A DNA stretch of 64,000 nucleotides, from positions 252,247-316,246 of the forward strand of contig MU008187.1 in the NCBI GenBank assembly GCA_010909165.1, in the 5' to 3' direction. Both the position numbers and the translations under genes were made by a program. The stretch's first letter is position 1; each line of letters starts with the position of its first letter. A model generated the notes under the pieces. It ran no database searches. It was not told where the DNA came from and worked only from the letters and a program-made list of their open reading frames with translations. Positions 35,992 through 47,850 of the stretch are shown in pieces. Origin of the DNA: Anthoceros angustus. Its lineage: Eukaryota; Plantae; Anthocerotophyta.

Positions 35992-37157
35992 CTTAGCTGC
36001 TCCTGAAGCGAGCAGCGAGCCTGCAGCTTTATGCGAGACCTAGAACAACATCTGCTGGCCCTGGAGTGATGCCGGGATGGCGGGATGATAGTGCTGGTGA
36101 AGAGCCGCAAGCAAGGTGATCAGTAGGATGCTGTTCTTGGACATATCTTGCTCTTCCAGTCCCGATTCGCAGCCACGGGCAAGCGGGTCTGTAGGCTGCC
36201 GCTCTTGGACAGGAGGACTTGATTTTGCAGCCTGCATCCACCTCAAGCTGAACGGCATCGGAGACCTGATGAGGCCGGGAAGATTCAGCAGCAGGTTGTG
36301 TGTGATTGCCGACATGACTGGCCGCTTGAGCAGGCACACAAAGCATCGGGCACGCCATGACCATTGCCTAAAAATCTGCTCTCCTTGCCGCTAACTGCAC
36401 GCAACAGCTCCACATTGCTGGTCCGGAACTGCAGCAACTGTAAACCCTTTGCCGGTTTGGCCGAGGGTTCAAACTCTGAAGTTTGCAAATTGCAAACCAG
36501 AAGTTAACTGGCCTCCTCATTTATGGCGGGCCTCGTGGCCTCGTGTGGAGAACGCGATTCGCGAATCGTGAATCGCGGCTTCCTGGACGACTCGAGGCTC
36601 GCTCGTCCCGCCACAGATTGGCGACTGGCCTGGCGGCTTGGAGCGAGCGGGAGCAGCGATGTCTGCCACTGGTTGGCGGCGGCGGGATCCGTCGGTTTGG
36701 CAGCTGCTGGACCGCCGTCAGACCTGAAGAGCTCTTGCTCTGGACTGTACTGGACTGAACTGAACTGTACTGGACAGGAATGGAATGGACACTGTTCAGC
36801 TGCTGTTCAGGAGCAGCCAGCTGCAATGCTGGTCTCCGTGAGCGGCGCGGTTGAGATCCGGTGACGGGGAGCTTGTGCCGTGATTGCTGGTTTGCGTCGT
36901 GAGGTGAGCTCAATTTCTTGCAATTTCTCCTACTCTACGCTTCGCAGGGGGCTGTTTTCAGCTGGTTTCCTGCACGAGAGGAGGTTATCCTGCCCGATCT
37001 CTTTGCGGAGATCAAATCGAGCTCTTGGATGACCTAGCTGAGCTGTTGCAATGGCTGTACCTTACCTTGTACCGCGTTGGTGGGGGTAGGTGCGACATAG
37101 TTGATTTGGAGCTAAATTTGTTTTCCGTGCCCTTGTTTCATAAGGCGAGGGAGCCGT

Positions 37158-38727
37158 ATGGAGTCGAGTAAGGCTCGGCGCAGGATTGTGTGGATATGGT
37201 TCCTTATTGCCATCCTGCCATTTGCTGTGGTGAAGATTTACTACACATATGTAAACCCTTATCTCCTCTACATTGGAGGCCTCGAAGGGAATGATAGACA
37301 TGTGGAGTGGAATCCATCCAACCCGGGCAGGAGCAGGGTAGATCCGGAGCCGACGGATGGGTTTCAGGGCAACGCAGGGAAGCAGCCTGGGGAGGGGAGG
37401 GGAGGTTTCCCGGGACAGACAGGTGACGATGTATTCAAAGGAGATGTAGGGGACACGGGAGAAAGGCTGGGGGGTTCAGAAGATAACATCGAAAGCAGCA
37501 AGCTCAAGTTTGGGAAAGGTTGGGACAGCATTTTTTTTCTCTGCCGAATAATATCTGTTTGAAGAGATGGAAGTCGTCTTATTCGTGCATGCTCTTGCGG
37601 CTGGTGATGATGCAGAACATTGCGATGCCATGCATGACTTCACACAGGGCGAGTGGGTGCCTGAGAGCAACGCCAGGAACCACACCTGCGAGGGTGACCA
37701 CAGCTGCGTTTCGCAGGGGAAGCCGTCCGACTATTTGTACTGGCGATGGCAGCCGGATACCTGCGACCTTCCTTTCTTTGACCCCGCTGCCTTCCTCAAA
37801 ATGATGGAGGGCAAGGTCTTGGCATTTGCTGGAGATTCTATTGCCCGGAACCAAATGGAAGCATTAAATTGCCTGTTGAAGAAGGTGAGCCTCTGGTCTC
37901 CCTCTCCTCTTGTGCCATCCGGAAAGGTATCCCGAGTTTTGCTCACTTGTTGGGCACCTGACATGCAGGTGGATAATCAGGCCCATGCCACACAACATAC
38001 CGAGGGTTGGAAGGAATATCGGATGGTCTTTCCTTCCACTAACTTCACATTGCAAGTTTTGTGGGCACCTTATCTACTCCAGTATGAACAGCCCTCCAAT
38101 GGGCCGTTGGAGGTCCATCTGGACGTGGTGCCAGAGTCCTTGATTTCCGCATTGCCTGAATTCGATGTCGTCATCTTCTCCACAGGGCAATGGTATTACA
38201 AGGATGCGATCTACTATGTTCAGAATAAGATCGTAGGGACCAACAATGGGGGCAGGACGGAGCTTGCCTTCCTCGATTCTCATGATGCTTACAGGTCCGG
38301 GGTGCGCACCTTCTTCACTCAAATCAGTTCTCTGCCCGGGTACCAGGCATTGAGCTTGTGGCGGACGTGGGCCGTGGACCACTTCGAGGGAGGCCAATGG
38401 GCGTCCGGCGGTACATGCCCCAGAACGAAGCCCTACAGGAGGAACAACTCCGGCTTTACTGGAACCAACCACGAAACATTGCTGCACCTTCAGCTGCAAG
38501 AATTCGAGAAGGCAGGACTGCATCTGGCACCGAACTGGGATATCCTCAACGTCACAAGTGTATCGTGGCTGCGCCCTGACGCACATCCTGGCCCTTACAG
38601 ACATCCTTTCGACGCCGTAGTGCGGGATTGCCTACACTGGTGCCTGCCAGGCCCCTTAGACACCTGGAACGACATCCTCGCCCTCAAACTTCAGCATCAC
38701 CTTGGTACCCACCAACATAGGGATTAG
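37158..38727 (+). CDS. Trichome birefringence-like (TBL) polysaccharide O-acetyltransferase (exons 37158-37518, 37616-37884, 37969-38727)
   Basis: N-terminal TM helix, PMR5N C..GEW..C...YLYWRWQP..C, the GDS motif (FAGDSIARNQ) and DCLHWCLPG (DxxH). Confidence 0.95.
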
Positions 38728-39025
38728 CCCACCCTTTCTCACCGAGCAAACCCCAACGCGAGATCACCCACTCTGAATCTGAATACGGCCAGCAAGCATC
38801 CGCTTTGCCTTTGCTCTGCCTCGGCGTCTCAAGTACGCGACGGCCACCAGCCCTTGCAGTGATGGAGAGAGCAAACATACACCTAGTCTAATGCTTCGGA
38901 GTAATCTCACGTAGCAGCATTACAGGCCTATGCTATCACCTACCGGAACATCACATGAGAGACAAACACCACCACATCTACCCAAAAGAAAATTCTCCGA
39001 GACGTGTCTGCAGTCCGATTCGCAG

Positions 39026-40291
39026 CTAAATCCTTTGAATCTTGACAATCTCAGCAGCAGGGAAATCCTGGCGCCTCTTCGGTTCAGCCGGGGGCACAAA
39101 CGGTCGGGGTCGGGTAAAGTCGAACGCCGTGATGGGAGCACCACATTCCGGGTGCTCGATGAGGTACTTGACCACCTCGTTCAAGGAGCGGAGAAGCTTC
39201 TGGTCAGGCGCTCGATAGTAAATATCGGCGAATACGCGTGAGCCTTCCCCGCGGATGACCACTTTCCTCTCCCACCCCGGCGGTGGTCGACTAATATTGG
39301 CCTTGTCCATCGCCCACACAAAGCCCACATCCCCTGCTTCAACTTCCGCCGGCTCCTGACAAGAGCAGCCAGGCGACCAGGCCCGCGCATACTCGCAGCG
39401 GAAAGGCCAATCCAAGTTCATCTCCCTGATGTACTCATACACCCTCCTGTTTGGTACCCATCTCCACTTGTGGCAAGCTACGCATTGCACAGTATAATAT
39501 TGCACTGTCACCGCCGGCCGCCGACAGGCAGGAGGGTTCCACAATGCCCCATGGAGCATCGCCTTTCTGCCATTCCACGTTTCCTCTGGATAATAGAAAT
39601 CACTGGCTTGTGGGTCTACCTCACCCGTTCCCAAACCCTTTGGAAGCTGGAATGCCATTGCTGTCCTGTCTGCCTCACGGTGGAGTTGGGGTTCCACAAC
39701 TTTCACAATCTGAACGTCGTCAGCATCATCGGTTTCCACATTCTGCACGACCCCAGAGTCATCAGCTTCCACAACCTCCACACTCTCATGGTCGTCGGCT
39801 TCATCATCTTCTTCGGCTTCATCATCTTCGTCGGCTTGGTGTGCTCCCCCATAATTGAGGGGGCCAGCATGTACGGGGGCTGATGCAATCACAGTATCCT
39901 GGTCCAGAGGCTCTGTCTTCACCTGCACAAGGGCACCCCCGACGGCAGGGACGTTCAGCACGGCTCCACAGATGGCCCTCCAATATGCAGTGAGCATCAT
40001 ATCCTCAGCAGTGAGTGCAGCTGCGGTGGCACCATGCCTCCCGTCAGGTGGAACGTCCACCGTCACCGCAGCGGATGACCTAGCCAGGTGCACATCTCCG
40101 GGAGCCTGCGCAGGCACTGGTAGAATTTCCTGTGGAATGGCAGAACCAATCTGGGTTTCTTCCTCTGCACCAGAATCACCGTCTTCACCGCCTTCACTGC
40201 CGTCAGACAATCGCTGCAAGCGCGGATACTCGCCGGTAGCGTCACAGTCGGCGGATGAGATCACTCCCTCGACGGTGCTCTCAGAAGCCAT
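39026..40291 (-). CDS. CW-zinc-finger/methyl-CpG-binding domain protein (MBD1/2/4-like), intronless CDS
   Basis: TVQCVACHKWR...PFRCEYARAW...SC..PA (zf-CW) followed by WAMDKANISRPPPGWER..IRGEG..FADIYY.AP..KLLRS..EV.KYL (MBD). Confidence 0.92.
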   Translation of the reverse strand: MASESTVEGVISSADCDATGEYPRLQRLSDGSEGGEDGDSGAEEETQIGSAIPQEILPVPAQAPGDVHLARSSAAVTVDVPPDGRHGATAAALTAEDMMLTAYWRAICGAVLNVPAVGGALVQVKTEPLDQDTVIASAPVHAGPLNYGGAHQADEDDEAEEDDEADDHESVEVVEADDSGVVQNVETDDADDVQIVKVVEPQLHREADRTAMAFQLPKGLGTGEVDPQASDFYYPEETWNGRKAMLHGALWNPPACRRPAVTVQYYTVQCVACHKWRWVPNRRVYEYIREMNLDWPFRCEYARAWSPGCSCQEPAEVEAGDVGFVWAMDKANISRPPPGWERKVVIRGEGSRVFADIYYRAPDQKLLRSLNEVVKYLIEHPECGAPITAFDFTRPRPFVPPAEPKRRQDFPAAEIVKIQRI

Positions 40292-40701
40292 TTCCCCTCT
40301 CAAACACAAACACACGCAAGCTTGATGCGTGCCCGGTAAAACCTGACTGCGAGGACTTCTAAGAGCCTGCAGCACACAAGAGAACCAAACCTAAATCAGC
40401 TTCCAGAGTTGTTAGCAGGGAAACTCGCACAAGCTGCCTCCTCCTTCCGTTGGCTGTGTGTCACACACATCACAGCAAAACAGTACAAAGGCACAACACC
40501 ATGTTCCTGCTTCTTCTCCACTCTCCGTAAACAAGATCACCTTCAACGAGGCTTCCTTAGCATATGTTCACAAACAATCTAACCACAGCAGCAAGTACTT
40601 AGACCCGCACCGCGGGCCATCTCAGGAGTGACGGATGTCACCCGCCATGCATGCAGAGGCTACTACTCACCGCAAACCCTCCACCCAAAACCACCAGCAA
40701 G

Positions 40702-41158
40702 CTACGCCTTCGTAGGGCCGCCCTGCTGCGTCTTCTCTTCACCACGCACTGGCTGCTGGTTGGATGCTTCGAAGCAGGCTCTGAGTGCTTTCACCTCTGC
40801 GGAAAACTGGTGTAAGACAAAGCGGACCCAACAGACAGCATCCGTAACACAGCCTTCCTTGCCAACGATGAGTTCCTAGAACCAACCAGATTGACACTCC
40901 CTCCAATTCCTGTTTGTCTTGAGGAGACAATCCTGCACAGGGAAACGCAGTGAGCAGAGTGCAGAGGAGGCAAGGCAAGGACGCGTCACAGCGGCGAGGC
41001 AAGATGGGCCCCACGACCTGGAGGTCAAGGTAGAGTGGCGCGCAATGGTTTAGCTGCTGCACGTTGGGATCGTCATCGTCGTCGCTGGGGTTCGGAGCGT
41101 GGCGAGAGGCCGGAGAGCAGGAAGCGCAACTGGGGTAACCGGCAGCAGATGACGCCAT
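40702..41158 (-). CDS. Twin-CX9C (CHCH) mitochondrial IMS protein, COA4/Cox19-family-like (exons 41158-41018, 40932-40887, 40796-40702)
   Basis: Spliced product ...DDDDPNVQQLNHCAPLYLDLQDCLLKTNRNWRECQSEVKALRACFEAS... gives exactly CX9C-X10-CX9C. All junctions are GT-AG. Confidence 0.88.
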
Positions 41159-41544
41159 AGCCTCGTACGCTTTGCGTTCAGTTTTCCTCCCTTGCATTGC
41201 AGTTCGGTACAGATGGTATAAAAGGTGGATATGCTCCGAATCTTTTCTTAATCCAAAACAAAGCATGCTCCAAGGACCAGCTGATCATCGTGCCAAGCTA
41301 TTTACTCGGTTCTTAGAGGGAGCTGGTCATCGTGCTAAGCTACGCACTGGGTCTTGGTGAGCTCCTGCCATGCTTTGTCATTAGAGAGTGCCAAAGCATG
41401 GCACGAGCTTACAAGAGACAGAGATAAACCCTAAACATACCAGGATCGTACACGAGGTGATCCTACAAGGTCGGGCTTTGCTTGAGCAGCATGTGTATAT
41501 ACAAGATTGAGCGGCGAGATAGTTGAAACACACCGATGTGCTGG

Positions 41545-43250
41545 GTAGTTCCAGATGTAGCAGCTCGGGGCATAGACATTTTTCTGCTTGACGATGTCGT
41601 CAACTATGATTTTTCACTACAGCCAAGGCTTTTTGTTCAGAGAGTGGGCAGAGCTGCAAGAGCGGGCCGACTTGGGACTGCATATTCCCTTTTCACTGAT
41701 GAGGAGATGCCCTTGGTAGTTGACCTCCACCTTTTCCTGCCAAAGCCTATCTGGCCGGCACCTGCCGAAGAGGAGGGGGCGGTAGATCAAGAGGGGATGT
41801 TGCAAAAAGTGGATCAGGCTGTCCACAAGGGTGAGACAGTCTATGGTAGCTTCCACAGGCTGTGGTAGACCATACTGTACACAGACTCCGGGAGGCTGTG
41901 TCACAGAAGATGGAACTCGGCACTTCGCAAAAATCTAGCGAGAATGCATTCAAGTTGTATTTGAAGACAAGCCCTGTTCCACCTTCCGAGTCAATCAAAC
42001 GAGCAAAAAGCTTGGCAGACGAAGGTATCCATCACGTTTGCAGAGAAGGTTTTCACAAACCAGAAGCTGAGGCATCAGCATTTGCAGAACGTTTGAAGAA
42101 TTTCAGGTGTGTGAGGTGTAGTTTGCCGGTAATTTCTAGTTAGCATGACATGTTGACACCTTTTATTTCTAAATGCCTGTGCCTGAAAACTTCAGTGCCC
42201 ATCTCAAGCATGGGCTTACCTTTTTCAGCTATTATGTGAGACGTGGAGCCCTGAGCAAATAGTCTATGGAAGCAGAAGCAGAAGCTGCAAGAGCAAAGAA
42301 TAGGGAGGTACCAACTTGGAAGGGTTTGCCTATCTTGAAATCTGGTGCCCCCGTTACAGGCGTCACCGATTCCTTGACTTGCGAGGGCAAGCTCCTCAAG
42401 CACAACCAGGACAAGTCTTGAGGTGAAAAGAAGCAGTCCATGAACATTTGATCTCTGTAGTTCGTGAACAGAAGAATGCTGCCAAGGTTCCTGAGAATTC
42501 AACAGTCCGTGTATTCCTCATCGATGGTCTCTTCCTGTTTTTGTGGCTATTACGCTATTCCTCTTATAATGGTGAGTTTGGAATATAGAACCTTGAGATT
42601 GAAGAGCCACTACATGAGGATTCCGGGAATCCAAACGAATGAAAGAAAGTTGATAGGGTTACATTGTCGAAGTAGTTCATCGTGACGCTTTTATCTAGAC
42701 GTCTTTTTGTCTTTTCAAGTGTCCAGTGTCTTAGGAACAATGTTTGCCAGTGAATTATATTGCATCATCTGTGTCTGCAGTTCCCTCCTGGGAACTCCGG
42801 CGGAATGACTGTTGCCTTTACCATCTACGTGGTGTATGTAGCATTGTTGGGTGCAGGCTTATACGCTAATGTTTGGGCTGGCAGAATGGATTTAGAAGTT
42901 TTGAACCTGGTTGTTGATGACCAGCTGGGTGTTCAGAAACAGAGAACCATATATCATCACTGCGATTAGGTTTGCAGCAAACACGTGAACTTCAAGTGCT
43001 TTTGCTACCGAGACATTTTGTTCATGACCTCTGGTTTTTTTGCCTTAGACAGAAAGGCAAGAAATTCATCGAACTCAACCACTGGGGAAAAAATCGGTGC
43101 ACCTGGAAAGGTCTGTTTAGAGCTCTTCCCACCTTGTAGTGGATTTCCAGAGTGCAAGTTCTAAGGCGGCCAGCCGAGGAAGGTGTTGATGCCTTGGAAC
43201 AAACAATGGGGTTGAGTCTCAAACTGGTGTTTTGACGGATCAAGACAGAG
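41545..43250 (+). pseudogene. DDX54: 5'-truncated DEAD-box helicase DDX54/DBP10/RH29 pseudogene
   Basis: DVAARGIDI and [12 protein letters not shown] (motifs Va/VI), then frameshifts and stops. C-terminal remnants VLNLVVDDQLGVQKQRTIYH and KGKKFIELNH resemble the DBP10CT region. Introns appear retained. Confidence 0.8.
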
Positions 43251-43859
43251 AGCGTTGGAACGGTATATACATCATTCTACAATATGCCCATATGCAATAT
43301 GCCCATATGCAACTCTTTTTTTAAGTGAGAATAGAGCGAGATGTATCAGAGAATTCAGAGAGGCTCAGGTAGAGCCTCTGTGATTCAGCAAACGAGCATA
43401 TGCCCTCATGTCTGACCTGTTGATGTGTAGCCCTGGGTCCATCCGCAGCATACCCATGGGTCTGTACCCGTCGTAGCATTTCTGCCAGAACCAGGTAGAG
43501 TCCAGGTAGGTCTGAAACGATAACCATGCCTCACCTTGCCTATTTGTGTGTGCGTAGGTAAGTGTGGGCCCCGTTAAGTCCGAGCAACTTTAACAGTCCC
43601 TCCACTCATGCTTGGGCATAGCCATTGTCCTGGTTTCGAGACCCATCTACGTACCTATTAACCCCTAAACCATACCTATTTTCCATGAAATTTAAGCATT
43701 GTGGTTTCTGATTTTCTGTAGACGCTGCGGTCAGACATTAATTCCGAGAAAATAGGGTAGTGCCAAGCTCTGTGTGGCCTTTCCAACAAGCTTATGGTTG
43801 CCTTCATCGGAATAGAATTGTAGTTTTGAGCGTGAATGGAACCTCTCCAGAGTTTTGAT

Positions 43860-44060
43860 CGGGATGCCCTTCTTTGGGCTCTTTGGAAGTGTTCCAAGCT
43901 TTGGGCTCTTTGGAAGTGTTCCAAGTACGAGCTCAGGTGCAAAATAAAAACTAGAGATGTAGGAGGATCACTCCTAGTCACCACGAGAAATCCAAGGAAA
44001 ATTGACTGACCATTGATCCTCCTAGTCACCACGAGAAATCTAAGGAAAATTGACTGACCG
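43860..44060. repeat. Two short tandem duplications (25 bp x2; ~48 bp x2) within TE-like DNA
   Basis: ttgggctctttggaagtgttccaag x2 and tcctagtcaccacgagaaatc(c/t)aaggaaaattgactgacc x2. Confidence 0.8.
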
Positions 44061-46654
44061 TTCATCACATACACGATGGGGCCTTTCATAAAATGGACCT
44101 GCCATGGTAGCAAGCTTCTATCCACACCTTCCTAGCCAGCTTCATAAAACTCAGCCCCATGTGCAAAGTAACGATCACACAATTCGTGCGAAGCCCCTTC
44201 TCGAGTAGTTGCCACCAGTGGATGCGTGGCAAGAAAGACCCTATCCTTCGGGGCAACTGGAGCACACCCATCCCCGCACACATCGGCCACCGGGCACATC
44301 CCGCATCTCGGTCTTCCCATGGCCGGATTCTCTCTTCTGCCACTCACTATGGATCTCTCGGGCAGTAAAGACCTAGATTTGGCAGGCAAGATATCCACAT
44401 ACCAAGATGAGAGTGTTATCGACGACATGCTCCTCGCCGAGGTGAACTTGTAATTGCGAGACAAGTGGTAGTCTCCCATTGGATCTTACTTTTCATGGAA
44501 ATGTGTGCAAGCAACAGGGATCGATAATCATGGGCAAAAGACAATTCAGTGGTAATGCAATTTCAAAACCGGAATGGCCAATCAAGACCAATGAAGAGAA
44601 AGAGTGGACCACCTGCTGGGCGAGTCCATGGCACCAACTAGGTAGCGGACCACGGCTAGACCATGCCACTCCCCTTGCTCGCTGTAGTTCAGCCCCGCCC
44701 TCCTTTCTTTTCCATCCCGCCATGCTCCTATACTGCCGTTCCAAGGTGATTCAATGGCCTTCAAGGTCGCCAATTTCGGAAACCTGGGCATGTTTAGATG
44801 CGCCTTCCTCGGTGGACCATATCGGGTGATCAATAATAAAATTCTGAATTTTTATTGATTAGTTATGGTAGAAAAAGAAGGTCCAAAGTCTCGATCTCAC
44901 ACCCTTGGAGATTTAGGGGTTACGGGTTTCTCTTTGAAAGTGGTTCGTTCATACTGCCTCACGGTCATCTCCGCATATATGTATGTATTGGGAGTCTTCC
45001 TTCAATAGGAAAAAGGTTGTCAGGGCTTTGTCCTTCATTGGGATAAATAATTGGTCAAAATATGGTGAATTGCTAAAGGTGTAGTCAAAGTTTCAGCAAG
45101 CACTCTAAACGTGAAATGTATTTCCTATTCTATTGCCCCACTTATGCTAACATTTGGGCTTGATACACTCTTCTTTTTTATTCTGTTGGTTTTTCCTTGC
45201 GCAGATTTCTCTCTTTTCATATCCTTAAGTTCTTTGGCCTTTGTCTTTCTGAGTTTCTTGGTCATCGGTAGACCTTGTTGAACTCCTTGTACTTTTTTGC
45301 CTCCTTTTTTTTATCTCTTATAACTTTTGCCTCTTTTTCTCTTGTCTCAAACAATTACTGCCTCTCTACGTCAGACATACATGCCAGTATTTTGCTTTTT
45401 ACCCTTTTTATGCTATTTTATCTATATCTCATGGTGGTTCTTCTATCCTTAGTGGACATAAATAAAGTAGTTGTTCCCTACTAGAAAAGGCAGCCTATGT
45501 TACAGTCGTTGTTGCAATTTTATGTTACACTTCCAAATTGCAACATGCTTTGGAGACTTGGTGTTAAGTTTGTCACTTCTTTCCCCATGTGGTGCCACCA
45601 TCTTAACACGAACCTGGCTCTCTCTTCTACTACCTTACCCTCATAACTACACACCCTCTCTCACAAGCATTGTTTATGATTTCCCACATGCAATTGCAAT
45701 GCAACTGTAAAAAGGAGCCCCCTCTCTCTCCCCTATCATCCTCCCCTCTTTACTATACCCCCTTTGAAGAACTATTTTCTTATGTTTCACCTTGCCCTCT
45801 TCATTGTACCTTCTCTTGACAACTATTTGGCTATGTTACCCGCCTCTTTCTCCCCTATCATCCTCCCCTCTTTACTATACCCTCTTTGGAGGACTATTTG
45901 CTTATGTTGCACCTTGCAATTTTCATTGCACCCTCATTCGACAACTATTTGTTTATGTTGCCCACACCAGAACATCACCACAACATAGACCAACAATTCT
46001 CACCTTCCCCTCCTACTTCATAACTTCAACATTTCTTTATCAATATTTTTGCTTGACCATAGGTGTTCATGGGTTGAAGACTACAGTTTTTGGCCTTATG
46101 CCATACATATATGTAAAAGATAATTACAGGTTATCTATGTAAGTATATGTACATAAATATAGATATATATATTCGTAAATATAGGATGTATAGATACGTA
46201 TGTGTAGATTGCAAACGCTATATTTATTTATTTCCATTCCACATTGACGTATGTACATGGCACATATGGCCGTGTATGCCCACGATTTACAAGGCATGGA
46301 ACACGCATGTTTTTAATGTATATGCACGGCGCATACATGAATACATCCCGTCCTTTTGCCTCACTCATCATGTCCAATTGCAAAATGGTGTACCGACCTG
46401 CGAATTCGAACACGCGACCATCCGCATCCGGTTGTCAACTTTGGCCTCCTCTACAAGACCTACGCACCTTACACGTTATGATTAGATATTCTGGGAAATT
46501 AACACTGTAGAGGGATTGGGCATGACAAGTGTAGCCTTCCATTTCCACTTCTCCTTTAGTCAAGTCGTCATAGCGCTCAGTTTGTCCAACATGCCCCTCG
46601 AGTATGCCCTTCTTGCAAGACTCTCTAAAAAATAATGTCATATTATCATGATCT

Positions 46655-46854
46655 CATTCATCACATTCCTAGGAAGAATGTAAGCTTGTATTGTTGAAGG
46701 TTTGTTGGTACGAGTGTCAGCCAAGGGGAACCAGACCATCATTGCCGAGTCGTACATTCATCACATTCCTAGGAAGAGTGTAAGCTTGTATTGTTGAAGG
46801 TTTGTTGGTACGAGTGTCAGCCAAGGGGAACCAGACCATCATTGCCGAGTCGTA
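46655..46854. repeat. 100-bp near-perfect tandem duplication
   Basis: cattcatcacattcctaggaag...attgccgagtcgta starts at 46655 and 46755. Confidence 0.92.
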
Positions 46855-47522
46855 CGCGGGATTCAAATTTGTCAACATGAAGAGTTTTTGCATTTATAGG
46901 GTGCGCTCCATCGATGGCCCACTTGTGTGGCCATTGTGAGTAACCCAGTGCATGCTGCATCGGAGACGATGGAGGATAACATAGGTTGGATAATTGCCGT
47001 TCCCACACTGGCTCAGGGATGGAGGGAGTAGGAACCCATGGACGATGGCACATAGTTGTGGTCGTAGTTGGGGTAGCAGGAGACCGTAGAATGGTAGGGA
47101 GGATGAGGAGGGTAGCTGATTGGGCTATCCTCCTCATCCTCCCCATCCACCTAGCTTGTGGTCCAGCCTTGAGAAGAGTGCGAAGAGGCTATCGACATGC
47201 TAACAAGGTGGGGCTATCGCATGACAGTCGCAAGATAGGCTGAGGCAATGCGGATGACATCGTGGAGGATAGCGAGGGCGATGATGTAGTTGTCCCAGCA
47301 ACACCAAGAACCAGCATGGTTGGGGCAGGAGTAAGTGGTGGTTATGTTGCTGGAGGGAGGGACATGATGGATGTGTCGAGGGGGGCAAATGGGGAAACTA
47401 AAAACAGCCTGGGGAGTGCGGTGTCACCAACAAGTGATAGGTATGTGTCGTCTCTTGATAGCAGGGGGTCAGGTACACAAGCGGGGAATGGCAGTGTAGG
47501 GAACATCAAGGCAAGATGCATC

Positions 47523-47850
47523 GCAAATGCAGGAAGAGCACCCAAGTGGGGAGCGTGGGGTGAGGACATGTGTGTCAAATGCAGGAAGAGCGCCTGTGGG
47601 AGGAGCATGGGGTGAGAACATGTGTGCCAAATGCACGAAGATCGCCTGGGGGGGAGCGTGGGGTGAGGACATGTGTACAAAATGCAGGAAGAGCGCCTGA
47701 GGGAGGAGCGTGGGGTGAGGAAATGTGTGCCAAATGCAGGAAGAGCGCCTGAGGGGGGAGCGTGGGGCAAGGACATGTGTGCCAAACGCAGGAAGAGCGC
47801 ATGGGAGGGAGCTTGGGGTGAGGACATGTGTGCCAAATGCAGGTGGGAGC
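47523..47850. repeat. ~52-bp G-rich minisatellite (about 6 units), probably retrotransposon-internal
   Basis: caaatgcaggaagagcgcctg(a/t)gggg(a/g)gagcgtggggtgaggacatgtgtgc repeated. Confidence 0.9.

Noticed and set aside
40739-41266. 175-aa single ORF from the track
   Set aside because: Reads through introns. The spliced CX9C model explains the region better.
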